Of a stretch of 64,000 nt of DNA, positions 18,708-27,456 are shown one piece after another. The DNA is taken from contig CP070673.1 in the NCBI GenBank assembly GCA_020351915.1, positions 4,235,882-4,299,881 on the forward strand, given 5' to 3'. The number at the start of each line of letters is the position of its first letter. Within the stretch, counting starts at the first letter, position 1. The notes beneath the pieces are model-generated. The model was not told the DNA's origin, searched no databases, and saw only the letters and a list, made by a program, of their open reading frames with translations. The DNA is from Deltaproteobacteria bacterium. Lineage in GTDB: Bacteria > Desulfobacterota > DSM-4660 > Desulfatiglandales > B25-G16. The position numbers were made by a program, and so were the translations under genes.

Positions 18708-19328
18708 TCAATGTTCCAACAATTTAGCCGATTGACTTTTATAACCATACATGTTTTTTAAAAAATAGGTGCATTCATCACAAAAGTTCAGGCCTCTACC
18801 ATCGATAATTACTCTGACATACCCCCAATATCCAAACTTATTGAATTCTCCTTTACTCATTGGACATAATGATCCATTACGAGCCACCTTATAAGAACCA
18901 TGATCTGTTAAACCGAAATTATGACCCACTTCATGCAGAGACACTTTCAAAGTCCTATCAATGTATAAGTCATAATCACTTTTGGAGTTAATCTCAGTTG
19001 GACCAAGTTTTCTTGTAGAGACTACTGCGACATCATTTTGAGGATTCTTGCCTCCAAAAATAGAATTATAAAACTCATCTTCATCGTTCGTTTTTAAATC
19101 CGCATCTGTTATCCCTAAGGTGTGTCCACCAAATTCCTCATGAAGTATTGTTGTCAACAGATAAGCATCAACACTATCTAGAAGAGGGGCATCATGATGC
19201 GATAACTCGAACTCGTCTATAATACCTTGAAAGGATTCTAAAATCCTATTTCCAACCTCTTTGAGACTACTAAAGGTAATATAGCCGCCAATACGTACAA
19301 TATTTAATGTTGAGCTATTTTCCTGCAT
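18708..19328 (-). CDS. Archaemetzincin-like zinc metalloprotease (M54-like)
   Basis: LGITDADL, VAVVSTRKL and HEVGHNFGLTDH (HExxHxxGxxxH) are followed by Cys residues (SLCPM, FCDEC) in the archaemetzincin order. There is no clear SD, and an A-run precedes the ATG. Confidence 0.6.
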   Translation of the reverse strand: MQENSSTLNIVRIGGYITFSSLKEVGNRILESFQGIIDEFELSHHDAPLLDSVDAYLLTTILHEEFGGHTLGITDADLKTNDEDEFYNSIFGGKNPQNDVAVVSTRKLGPTEINSKSDYDLYIDRTLKVSLHEVGHNFGLTDHGSYKVARNGSLCPMSKGEFNKFGYWGYVRVIIDGRGLNFCDECTYFLKNMYGYKSQSAKLLEH

Positions 19329-20127
19329 TTTTTTTAAAAATGGATTTTGTGATTTTCACTGCTAACTGCGATCTTATTCCACACAGGGTTTGTTTCATCA
19401 ACTGGAAAATGATATCCGACTCTTCTGCATGCTCTGGAACCACATTTATAGTATCGGCGAAAAATCAAAATTAGTTTAGGTTCAAATAGTTCCACGGTGA
19501 ATACTGAGCGATAATCTAGACTTAAAGCATAAACCTAGGGTGGGAGCTATGGATTTTGAGGTCCATTGAGGAAGAATAACAAGGGATGGGAACAAGACGT
19601 ATTCGCGGACATGAAGTTGGGGCATAGCAGTCTCTTCTGATTGGTATGAGGAATGCAATATGTTTTCTACCAAGCTCAATTAATACCGTTGTACAAACAC
19701 ATATAATTCTCTTTTTTCCTGCTTTGATACCAGCGGACAAGGTTCTGTTGGGTTTTGGAATTTTGCACCCAGAATCAGTGATGATTTGCGTTTCAAATAT
19801 GGTAGGGACGCGCATTAAACGAAATTGTCTAACAGTTACGATTATGCACCCAGCCTGTAGATGTTACGTATAGTAATAGTAGGCCAGGAGCCTTGTGGGA
19901 GACTTACCACTCATAGCAGAAAGCGCTACTTCAAGTCGAAACCGCGGATATACAATATATAGGCATTCCGACAAAAAGAACAGAGCCACGGTGACCCTTG
20001 CCCGAGATCCAAAAAAAGAAAGCGAGTATCTTGGGGCCTTAGAGGCCCAACAGAGCTGTTTTTAAGGCCGGATTTGTTGGGGGAGTTCTCTAGGGTTTCG
20101 ACCCACATGGGCACTGGCTATGGTTTT

Positions 20128-21093
20128 TCATATCAACAGTGCACCATCCTTTAACACGGGCTTTCCATCCAACTCAACATTAGCTCCGTCCATCAGAGTG
20201 TCCAAGTGCATATGGCTCCAAACTGTTCCGCCGATATCATTATTTCTCCCCATGCCGATATGTGCGGTGCCAATTCTTGCAGCGTCTCTCCTTATACCAA
20301 GCATCGGCAATGGTACAATGTGGCTTGTCCCTATTCCGAGTTCGGCTATATTGTTGGCACTCTCGTAGGTAGACATTATCTTACGTAGCTTCTCAACATC
20401 TTGCTTACCACCTGAGATGTCTTGCACTTTCCCCGCCTTCACAGCACAGCGGAGTGGTTCCCTGAAGATATATCCCCATTGAACAATTGAAAGGTCACCT
20501 ACTATAATTCCCTCTGCAGTTCCTTCCAAAGGCGCAATGGCGGCCTCAGCATAGTCAGGTAAACCCGCGACAACAGGACTCATGGAATGAAGCGCCAGAC
20601 CTTCTCGACTAGCCAAACTCATAGTAATGTCTGTTCCCGCTGGACTGGTTACTCTGGCCATATTGGCTTGAGTTAACCTTCCTGCCAGATCTTCACTACG
20701 CTCCTTGATACTAAGAACATCCGCCGCTGAGACACCTTTTTTGAGTTCGTCGAGTAAAACGTTGGTCCATGGGTGGTATCTCGCACCTGCAGCGGTCGCC
20801 TCTTTGCGAGCAGTCGTATGAACTTGGGCGGTTCTATTCGTAAGGCGGAATATGGCGTCTGCGCTTTTCATGGCTACCGCAACTGATTCTGGCGGCTCTT
20901 GCCCACTAAATTCCGGCGGATTGATAACTATAAGAACTGGTTCAGCTCCCATTGAATTAACCACATTCATGACGATCTGACCGAGCCACAAAGGCTCACC
21001 CTCATTATCAGCAATTATAAGCACATCTTCACCCGGCTTCACAGCCTTACATACTTCCAGTATGGACCTAGCACCATTCATAAGTTCGATCAT
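20128..21093 (-). CDS. M29 (aminopeptidase T) / NicX-fold metalloenzyme-like protein
   Basis: The N-terminus is ILEVCKAVKPGEDVLIIAD. The C-terminal AELGIGTS ... AHIGMGRNNDIGGTVWSHMHLD resembles the metal-site region of the AmpS/NicX family. The call is from memory only. Confidence 0.5.
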   Translation of the reverse strand: MIELMNGARSILEVCKAVKPGEDVLIIADNEGEPLWLGQIVMNVVNSMGAEPVLIVINPPEFSGQEPPESVAVAMKSADAIFRLTNRTAQVHTTARKEATAAGARYHPWTNVLLDELKKGVSAADVLSIKERSEDLAGRLTQANMARVTSPAGTDITMSLASREGLALHSMSPVVAGLPDYAEAAIAPLEGTAEGIIVGDLSIVQWGYIFREPLRCAVKAGKVQDISGGKQDVEKLRKIMSTYESANNIAELGIGTSHIVPLPMLGIRRDAARIGTAHIGMGRNNDIGGTVWSHMHLDTLMDGANVELDGKPVLKDGALLI

Positions 21094-22233
21094 ATTAATC
21101 CCCTCTTGGCTGACACAGCCTTAATATTTCAACACGCTCAAATTGTTTTCATAAATCTTGTGTTAAGAAGTTCTCTAGAAACCTCCACGTTCTTAATGAT
21201 CTGAAATGGTTTCTCTGTCATGAGCTCCCACCAGATCACCTGGTAACCTCGGTTTTTCCCCTTCAGATCCCACCTTTGGGCTGGAAGAAGCTCTCTCGGT
21301 TTCTTAAGAAGAGTAATACACACTGCTGGTAATTGCCTCCTCAAGTCATCGAGCTCACCCCCTTTCGCTATGATTTTGGCTGAGAGTTTCTTGCTGGTGC
21401 CCAGTACATCACGTCTTCCTTACTTTCCACCCTTAAACTATGGCATTTTGGCTGAGGATGTAGCGTGAGAGCTCTACTTCATATCTTAGGACTCGAATCT
21501 GCACCGTGGTCCTATGGAATCATAAGATGGGCTGTGAAATAGGGAACTCAATAAATGTGATAAATTAACAACTTACTTATCTGGATCGTCACATCAGCGA
21601 TATGAATACGGTTAATCCGGCCATCTTGTAAAGGTTTGTTTTTGAAGGATGAAAGGGAAGACAAGAAGGCGAGAAATAGAACACTAACAAACGATACAGC
21701 ATAGGTGTTGTGTCAGCCACTGAAATGCAAAACGAGATAAAAAGAAGAAGTGAACAGTTAAGAACCCTCCTTACTCACCCAAGCCTAGGGATGGTTTAGC
21801 TTTGTCGGATGCCAAATTACAAGAGCCTCCAAGGAGCTACAAAACACCCTGGAGGCTTCACATCGGCATCTTTAGGGTACCCCCTACCCCTATCACGGTT
21901 CTCTCCTGAAGCTTAGAGTTAAGGTTCTTATGTTTCCTTATGACTAGAAAAAATAAATGGCATTTGATTTGATTAAGAGCTAATTTCTGGCTCTTGTCAA
22001 GCGAAATCCCAGCAGGGCTGTCGAAGCTCGGCTCACATTATCAGAGCAATCACTTCACAATATCTTGTGCTTGGTTCCTATGGCTCAAAACTAGAGACTT
22101 CTTGCCAAAAGGTACAATCTCAAGAAAATGTAGATTGGATTTTCAAATCAAAACCTCAACCGTTCTACTATAGTTTCTTTACCCAGTGCCAAGTAAGCGC
22201 GAAAGCACCGAGCCAACAGAGTTAGCAACAGGT

Positions 22234-22255
22234 TTAGAGAACGGGTAAATAACTA
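22234..22255. repeat. Copy A of a 22-nt intergenic motif, TTAGAGAACGGGTAAATAACTA
   Basis: Copy A is 21/22 identical to 38799-38820 (TTAGAGAACGGGTAGATAACTA). Both copies are in non-coding DNA. Confidence 0.6.
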
Positions 22256-22271
22256 GCATACTGCTAGTAGC

Positions 22272-23456
22272 TCAGCGCCTTCTCATTTTGATTCTTACCA
22301 TAACGGCTGTTATTGTTGTTAGCATGGCCAGCATGGATAAAAAGATAAAACTCAGTTCGTATGAGCCTGTTTTATCTCTCACTAGACCGGCCAGGTATGG
22401 ACCGAAAACCATTCCTATGCTACTGACTGTGGCGAGGATGCCAAAGCCTAATCCTAAGTTTTTGGGCTCCAAAATCTTTGATGCAAAAGAGAAGACCGGA
22501 GCTGGGATAAATGGTACTGCTACAGCCATGACAAGCATTGGGAAGACGAAATCGGTTGACTGAGTAATTAGGTAAATTGCGGTGGCTGTCATCACTCCAC
22601 CCGCTCCGATGAAGAAATCGTGATTGCTGAACTTATCTACTAAATAACCGATCACTGGGCTTAGAGCTAACGAGCCCCACATTAGTAAGCTAGTTAGGAA
22701 ACCAGCAAAGCCAATACTGTATCCTTTTGCTACGAAAAAGTCTGGGGCAAAAGTCGAAAATGAGATGACTGCCGCATTAAACCACATCCAACAAAGCCCC
22801 ACCAACCACATCGGGACCCCAACCTTTAGTACGTTTGAGAATATCCCTGCCACTTTTTCCTCCTTCTCACGGGATATTCCCTGGGAGGCGTTGGGGGCAG
22901 GTTTATAGACCAGCAGAAAGGCCGCTAACCCTATCACACCTACCATAACAGTAACGAAAAGTGGCACCCGCCAACCCAAGGTCTCACCCAACCTGCCAAA
23001 AGTTGTAAAAGATATAATTGTGCCAATTGGCACTGCGGTATTATAGATTCCCATTGCAGTACCCACTTCACGTCCTCTAAACCACTGCGAAACCACTTGC
23101 GCAGCCACGATAGTGATAGTTGCAGCGCCAACTCCGGCAATAACTCTTCCTAAACCAGCGTACAGAAAGGAACCACTCACCGCAAAGATTAATGTCCCGA
23201 TAATTGCAAAGCTTAGAGAAATTACCCCTGTCTTAAAGGGGCCCCACCTGTCAGCAAGCATGCCAGCCAAAATCGCCAACAATATAGCTGGCAATGCAAA
23301 AAGACTCATGAGTGAGCCAGCCTCGGCATGGGTTAATCTCAATTCCTCGATAAGCAGGGTGAGGATAGGCGGTAGACACTGCAGGGTGAAAGCAAACACC
23401 AGCACAGAGAGGAAAGAAAGGATTAAGATGACCCAGCGATATCTAGGGGCTGCCAT
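22272..23456 (-). CDS. MFS transporter
   Basis: The protein is 394 aa with about 12 hydrophobic segments. The loop 2-3 motif is GMLADRWGPFK. Confidence 0.85.
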   Translation of the reverse strand: MAAPRYRWVILILSFLSVLVFAFTLQCLPPILTLLIEELRLTHAEAGSLMSLFALPAILLAILAGMLADRWGPFKTGVISLSFAIIGTLIFAVSGSFLYAGLGRVIAGVGAATITIVAAQVVSQWFRGREVGTAMGIYNTAVPIGTIISFTTFGRLGETLGWRVPLFVTVMVGVIGLAAFLLVYKPAPNASQGISREKEEKVAGIFSNVLKVGVPMWLVGLCWMWFNAAVISFSTFAPDFFVAKGYSIGFAGFLTSLLMWGSLALSPVIGYLVDKFSNHDFFIGAGGVMTATAIYLITQSTDFVFPMLVMAVAVPFIPAPVFSFASKILEPKNLGLGFGILATVSSIGMVFGPYLAGLVRDKTGSYELSFIFLSMLAMLTTITAVMVRIKMRRR

Positions 23457-23496
23457 ATTTCACCACCGATATTTCTCACTTTCACAAACGGTTGGG

Positions 23497-23796
23497 CTAG
23501 AATAATTCCGTAAGAGCATGGGCGGCTGTGTAAATGCTTCCTACTCCACTAATGTATTGTGCGACTCTCAGTGCTTCGGTGATCTCCTCTTTGGTAGCAC
23601 CAGCTTGCGTAGCTGCCTGAGCCAATGCCTTTACACCCTGAACCGTTCCGTGAGATGCATCTAAGGCCATCGCGATGAGGAGCTTGATTCTCTTGGGTAA
23701 GGCACCGTCGGCAAGTGCGAGCTCTCTGGTGTTTTCAACGAGGTTGAGAAGCTCAGGGTCGAGTTTCTCAAAAATCTTCAAAGGATGTTCAGCCAT
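23497..23796 (-). CDS. Carboxymuconolactone decarboxylase (AhpD-like) family protein
   Basis: At 99 aa, LPKRIKLLIAMALDASHG ... ITEALRVAQYISGVGSIYTAAHAL fits the CMD-domain helical pattern. It lacks the CxxC motif of AhpD proper. Confidence 0.7.
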   Translation of the reverse strand: MAEHPLKIFEKLDPELLNLVENTRELALADGALPKRIKLLIAMALDASHGTVQGVKALAQAATQAGATKEEITEALRVAQYISGVGSIYTAAHALTELF

Positions 23797-24358
23797 TTTG
23801 TCACCTCCTCTTTTATTTTACTTCCAAAGCCTAATAGAGGCAGCAGTTTTACTTATCTGAAGTTTGGAGCACGTCCTTAGCCAAAAGAAATTATTATAGT
23901 ATGATCCTCATTTTCTTGGAAACCTGCTCAATCAAGTAATCTTCTTCACTATAGAATTCATGAAACTTGTTCGTCTAGTAAAAACAGAGAGCCCTATGAT
24001 AATTCTTCCAGTCTAAAATTGGATACTGCTTGCCAAAATCTTCAACTCGAAGAAAGTCCAGGTTTCTTTTCGTAATCGAAACAGCAAGGGCTTCTACTTT
24101 AGTTGGTGAAACGGGGTAGCCTGCTCCAGGAGAGCCCTTGTTTTCTTTCTCGAAAAGGGCGAGCACAAAAATAAAGATGGCGTTTTGGCCGAGTCCTTAG
24201 CAGCTATCAACGGTCAGCAGGGAGAGGATTGGGGCAACAGGCAATGTTTGGTCCCGAAAAATGGCAAAAGTAAATATTTGCTCTGGCTCGCTTCATAAGC
24301 TTAGTTTTTTAAGAGTGTCCCTCTTGACACATGATGCTAGAGTTGTTCAACATAGTGA

Positions 24359-25381
24359 AGGACGTCCCTGAATTCACTTGTCGATCGCTTTGGCTCCAGA
24401 AAGTTGATCTTCTACGGAGTAATCACAGTTGGCTCTAGGCTCATTCTCCTCAGTCAAACCCAATCTCTTGTCATGTTCTATGGATCTTTTTTGCTCATTG
24501 GATTTGGAACCGGCGGATGCACAGCGGTAGTGCCCATGCCCGCGGTGGCTAACTGGTTTCACAAAAACGCGGGGATAGCGCTGGGCGTGACAGCCTCAAG
24601 AATTGGCGCCAGTGGGTTGCTTGTTCCCCTCATTGCTAGGCTTACCGACGTTTATGGTTGGAGAACTACCTTAGTTATCCTTGGAGTAGGGATGTGGTGT
24701 CTGGGAGTACCTCTATCCTTCGTCATCCGAAACAAGCCAGAACAATATGGGTATCTTCCCTATGGTAAGCTATCGACAGATCCTATTACAAACGTTGGAA
24801 TACAAGGTGACGGAGTGGAAATTGGTTTTACGGATGCCCTTAAGAACAGATCCTTCTTATTTCTATTCATGGCAGTAGCACTACGGGGAATGATCATTTC
24901 AGCAGTGGTTCTCCATGTCATGCCTTACCTCAGTACTACAGGAATACCACGGTCCACTGCTGCGCTTGTAGCAGCCGGCATTCCGCTGTTCAGCATCATC
25001 GGAAGGTTTGGCTTCGGCTGGTTAGGGGATTATTTTGATAAAAGGTATATGCTGGCGTGGACATTCTGCATTATGGGTTTGGGAATGCTGGCTTTCTGTT
25101 ACGTGCATGTCGGGTGGGCTGTCTTCCTCTTCTTTCTCCTTTTCTCTCCTGGTCATGGTGGAAGTATGGTCTTGAGAGCATCGTTTCTAAGGGAGTATTT
25201 TGGAAGAGATTCCTTTGGGAAATTGATCGGGATTACTATGGGCTCTCAAGCAATTGGGGGGATTATAGGTCCTACCCTGGCTGGATGGGTATTTGACGCT
25301 TTTGGAAGTTATCAAGTTATCTGGCTTGTTTTTTCTGGAAGCATGGGTTTGGCAATAGGTTTGGTATTGAGAATTAGGTAG
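24359..25381 (+). pseudogene. 5'-truncated MFS transporter (TM1-2 missing)
   Basis: The reading frame opens just after a TGA at 24356-24358. It begins directly with the MFS loop 2-3 motif (SLVDRFGSRKLIFYG). There is no ATG, only a TTG at 24404. I could not find upstream frames encoding the missing N-terminus. Confidence 0.5.
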
Positions 25382-25838
25382 TATCCGTTTTAAATCCCAT
25401 TGATTCTGCCAATCTTACGATCAAAGAAGGTCGTGGAAGGCGAGGAATCACCGTCTCTTCCTAGTGAGCATGTCCTCCATATGTATAAGATACCATCATC
25501 ACAAGCCTATTGCTTTCTGCCATAATCCTGGAAGATAAATAACCGAAAATGCTGTGATTCCGGCATCAAAACTCCAATCGGCACGAGAAGCAATTCAGCT
25601 CCCATACGTTGTACCGATCATAGCTAAGCTGGATTCAGTCCGATGAAGAGTAGAAAATCCCAAGATTCCCACTTGAAAGTAGTATATAATACGGTGGCAG
25701 GTACTTACTAATACTCGTTTGATATCTATGCCTTTGTAAGAATTATCCATGCTGAATGGAAGAAAACAACTAAGATAGGGAACTATAGCTATAGAGAATA
25801 ATGATAAGACATCGTTCTTACTCAAGGACGATACCAAT

Positions 25839-26372
25839 TTGCAGTTTCCCGATCTGGAGCTCGCTCGAAGAGCTCAGAAGGGTGAAGAGTCAGCTTTCCA
25901 TGAACTCGTGGATCGGTACGCAAATGAATTGTTCAAACTGGCATTTTCCCTCACAGGCGCAGTGGATGGTGCTGAGGATGTTCTGCAGGAGACTTTCTTA
26001 GGTGCTTTTCAGGGTCTGGATAGCTTTGAAGGCCGATCGTCGGTTAAGACATGGCTTATCCGAATCCTTGTTAAGCAAGCAGCAAAATATCATCGCTCCC
26101 GGCACATTCGTAAAACCGAGTCAATCGATGATATTTTAGAGGTTTCCTCTTCAGCCTTTTCAGGAAGGGACAGTGACCTTACCATCGATATTAAGACCAT
26201 GATCAAAACGCTCTCCACTGAGCACCGTGAGGTGATTGTGCTCCGCGAACTACAAGGATTCTCATATGAAGAGATGGCAGAGATATTGGGTATTCCTCGA
26301 GGAACGGTCGAGTCGAGGCTCTTTAGGGCACGACAGGAATTAAGAAAGCGATTTAGGGACGACCTGTTGTGA
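25839..26372 (+). CDS. ECF-type RNA polymerase sigma-70 family factor
   Basis: Region 2 reads FHELVDRYANELFKLAFSLTG..AEDVLQETF. Region 4 reads EVIVLRELQGFSYEEMAEILGIPRGTVESRLFRAR. The start codon is TTG. Confidence 0.9.
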   Translation: MQFPDLELARRAQKGEESAFHELVDRYANELFKLAFSLTGAVDGAEDVLQETFLGAFQGLDSFEGRSSVKTWLIRILVKQAAKYHRSRHIRKTESIDDILEVSSSAFSGRDSDLTIDIKTMIKTLSTEHREVIVLRELQGFSYEEMAEILGIPRGTVESRLFRARQELRKRFRDDLL

Positions 26373-26437
26373 TTACAGAGGACGTAAAGGAATTGGTAAT
26401 TATCAAAATGACAGATGCAAAAAGGAGAGGATAAGTC

Positions 26438-26899
26438 ATGGCGGTTTGCATATATTCTCACAAACTGGATGCTTACTACGATAACGAACTCTCCCATGAA
26501 GAGCATCGCAAACTTGAGCAACACATTCGGGGGTGCCCCTATTGTTCTGGAGATCTTGAACAACGTCAAAGGCTTTCGGGGCTTATTAGTTCGGTATCAA
26601 TTCCGGATATCCCTGATGACATGGCAAAACGACTACACCAAAGCCTCGACTCTCTGAGAGAAAAAGCGCTCCTGCGAATGGCGAGCATGCTCTCATCGGT
26701 TGCTCTTGTCTTGCTTGTGGTCAGCTCAATCTTAGTCTTGCGAATTGCGGTAAAGGGGCAAGTGGCTACAGCATCCGATCCGGAGTGGGAAAAGACTGCC
26801 GTGACATTACAATTCGATCCCCCTGCAACGGAGACGCCGGAGCTCCAATTTGCTCAATGGCTTATCGCGGACCTTTCAAAGGAGAACGGAAATGAATAG
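26438..26899 (+). CDS. Anti-sigma factor (zf-HC2 type), single-pass membrane protein
   Basis: HIRGCPYC supplies the Hx3Cx2C zinc motif. One TM segment is present (MLSSVALVLLVVSSILVL). The gene lies directly downstream of the ECF sigma gene. Confidence 0.75.
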   Translation: MAVCIYSHKLDAYYDNELSHEEHRKLEQHIRGCPYCSGDLEQRQRLSGLISSVSIPDIPDDMAKRLHQSLDSLREKALLRMASMLSSVALVLLVVSSILVLRIAVKGQVATASDPEWEKTAVTLQFDPPATETPELQFAQWLIADLSKENGNE

Positions 26900-27353
26900 A
26901 GTGAAGTTATTTGTCCTCATATCAGTCATTGCTGCCTTTGCAGCTGGAATATCTATCGGTATGGTTATTGGAGGATTCAACAAGAAAGCACAACGGAAAT
27001 CAAGGCTCTCCCGAGAGTTGCATCTCACCTCTAAGCAGCGAGATCAGATGAAAAAGATATGGTCAGAGGGCATCCGCACTGCGAGACGAGTTCAAAGGGA
27101 ACAAAGGCAGAAGCTTCACAAAGAGCGAGATGAGGCGATAGAAGCGATTTTAACGGACGAACAGAAAACGTGGTTTAAGGAAATCATAAGTGAGTATTCC
27201 CAGAAAATTGATGAATTGGCACAGAGCAGAGAGTGTGTGTTTAAAGAAGCGGTTGAACAAACAAAACGGATTCTTTCGGAAGAGCAGAGAAAAAAATATG
27301 AGGAGCTACTGAAAGAACAAGAAAAGCGCGGCTGGAAATACTCTCGTCCATGA
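26892..27353 (+). CDS. Spy/CpxP-like periplasmic protein (LTxxQ-type repeats), N-terminally anchored
   Basis: I set the start at the ATG at 26892 (MNRVKLFVLISVIAAFAAG), which has AAGGAGA upstream and overlaps the anti-sigma stop codon. Repeated motifs are LTSKQRDQM, LTDEQKTWF and LSEEQRKKY. Confidence 0.6.
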   Translation: MNRVKLFVLISVIAAFAAGISIGMVIGGFNKKAQRKSRLSRELHLTSKQRDQMKKIWSEGIRTARRVQREQRQKLHKERDEAIEAILTDEQKTWFKEIISEYSQKIDELAQSRECVFKEAVEQTKRILSEEQRKKYEELLKEQEKRGWKYSRP

Positions 27354-27456
27354 AAGGAGACCCACCAGAAAAGGAAAAGCACCTTTGAATCAGGTAAACT
27401 AGACAAATGGGTGCTAATCCAAGACTGGCGGAGCTAGACCACCGCAAACAAAGGAT

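Noticed and set aside
20011-20050. Hairpin TTGGGGCC-TTAGA-GGCCCAA downstream of the M29-like gene, as a minus-strand intrinsic terminator
   Set aside because: The stem is short and imperfect. The T-run on the minus strand begins about 13 nt after the stem rather than directly adjacent, which is too weak to report as a feature.
21138-21419. Open frame that looked as if it might be a transposase, integrase or reverse transcriptase fragment
   Set aside because: I cannot match any catalytic or family motif from memory. I kept it only as a possible unidentified gene remnant inside the ORF-poor region finding.
23975-24166. 63-aa minus-strand ORF (MLALFEKENKGSPGAGYPVSPTKVEALAVSITKRNLDFLRVEDFGKQYPILDWKNY...) as a toxin-antitoxin or nuclease fragment
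   Set aside because: It has no recognisable motif and no partner ORF, and it lies in the decaying spacer next to the truncated MFS. The evidence is insufficient.
18465-25838. Calling the AT-rich patch a genomic island, prophage or integrative element
   Set aside because: No integrase, recombinase, transposase, tRNA or tmRNA target, or flanking direct repeat is visible. Only compositional and gene-decay evidence exists, so I reported it as an accessory-like patch.
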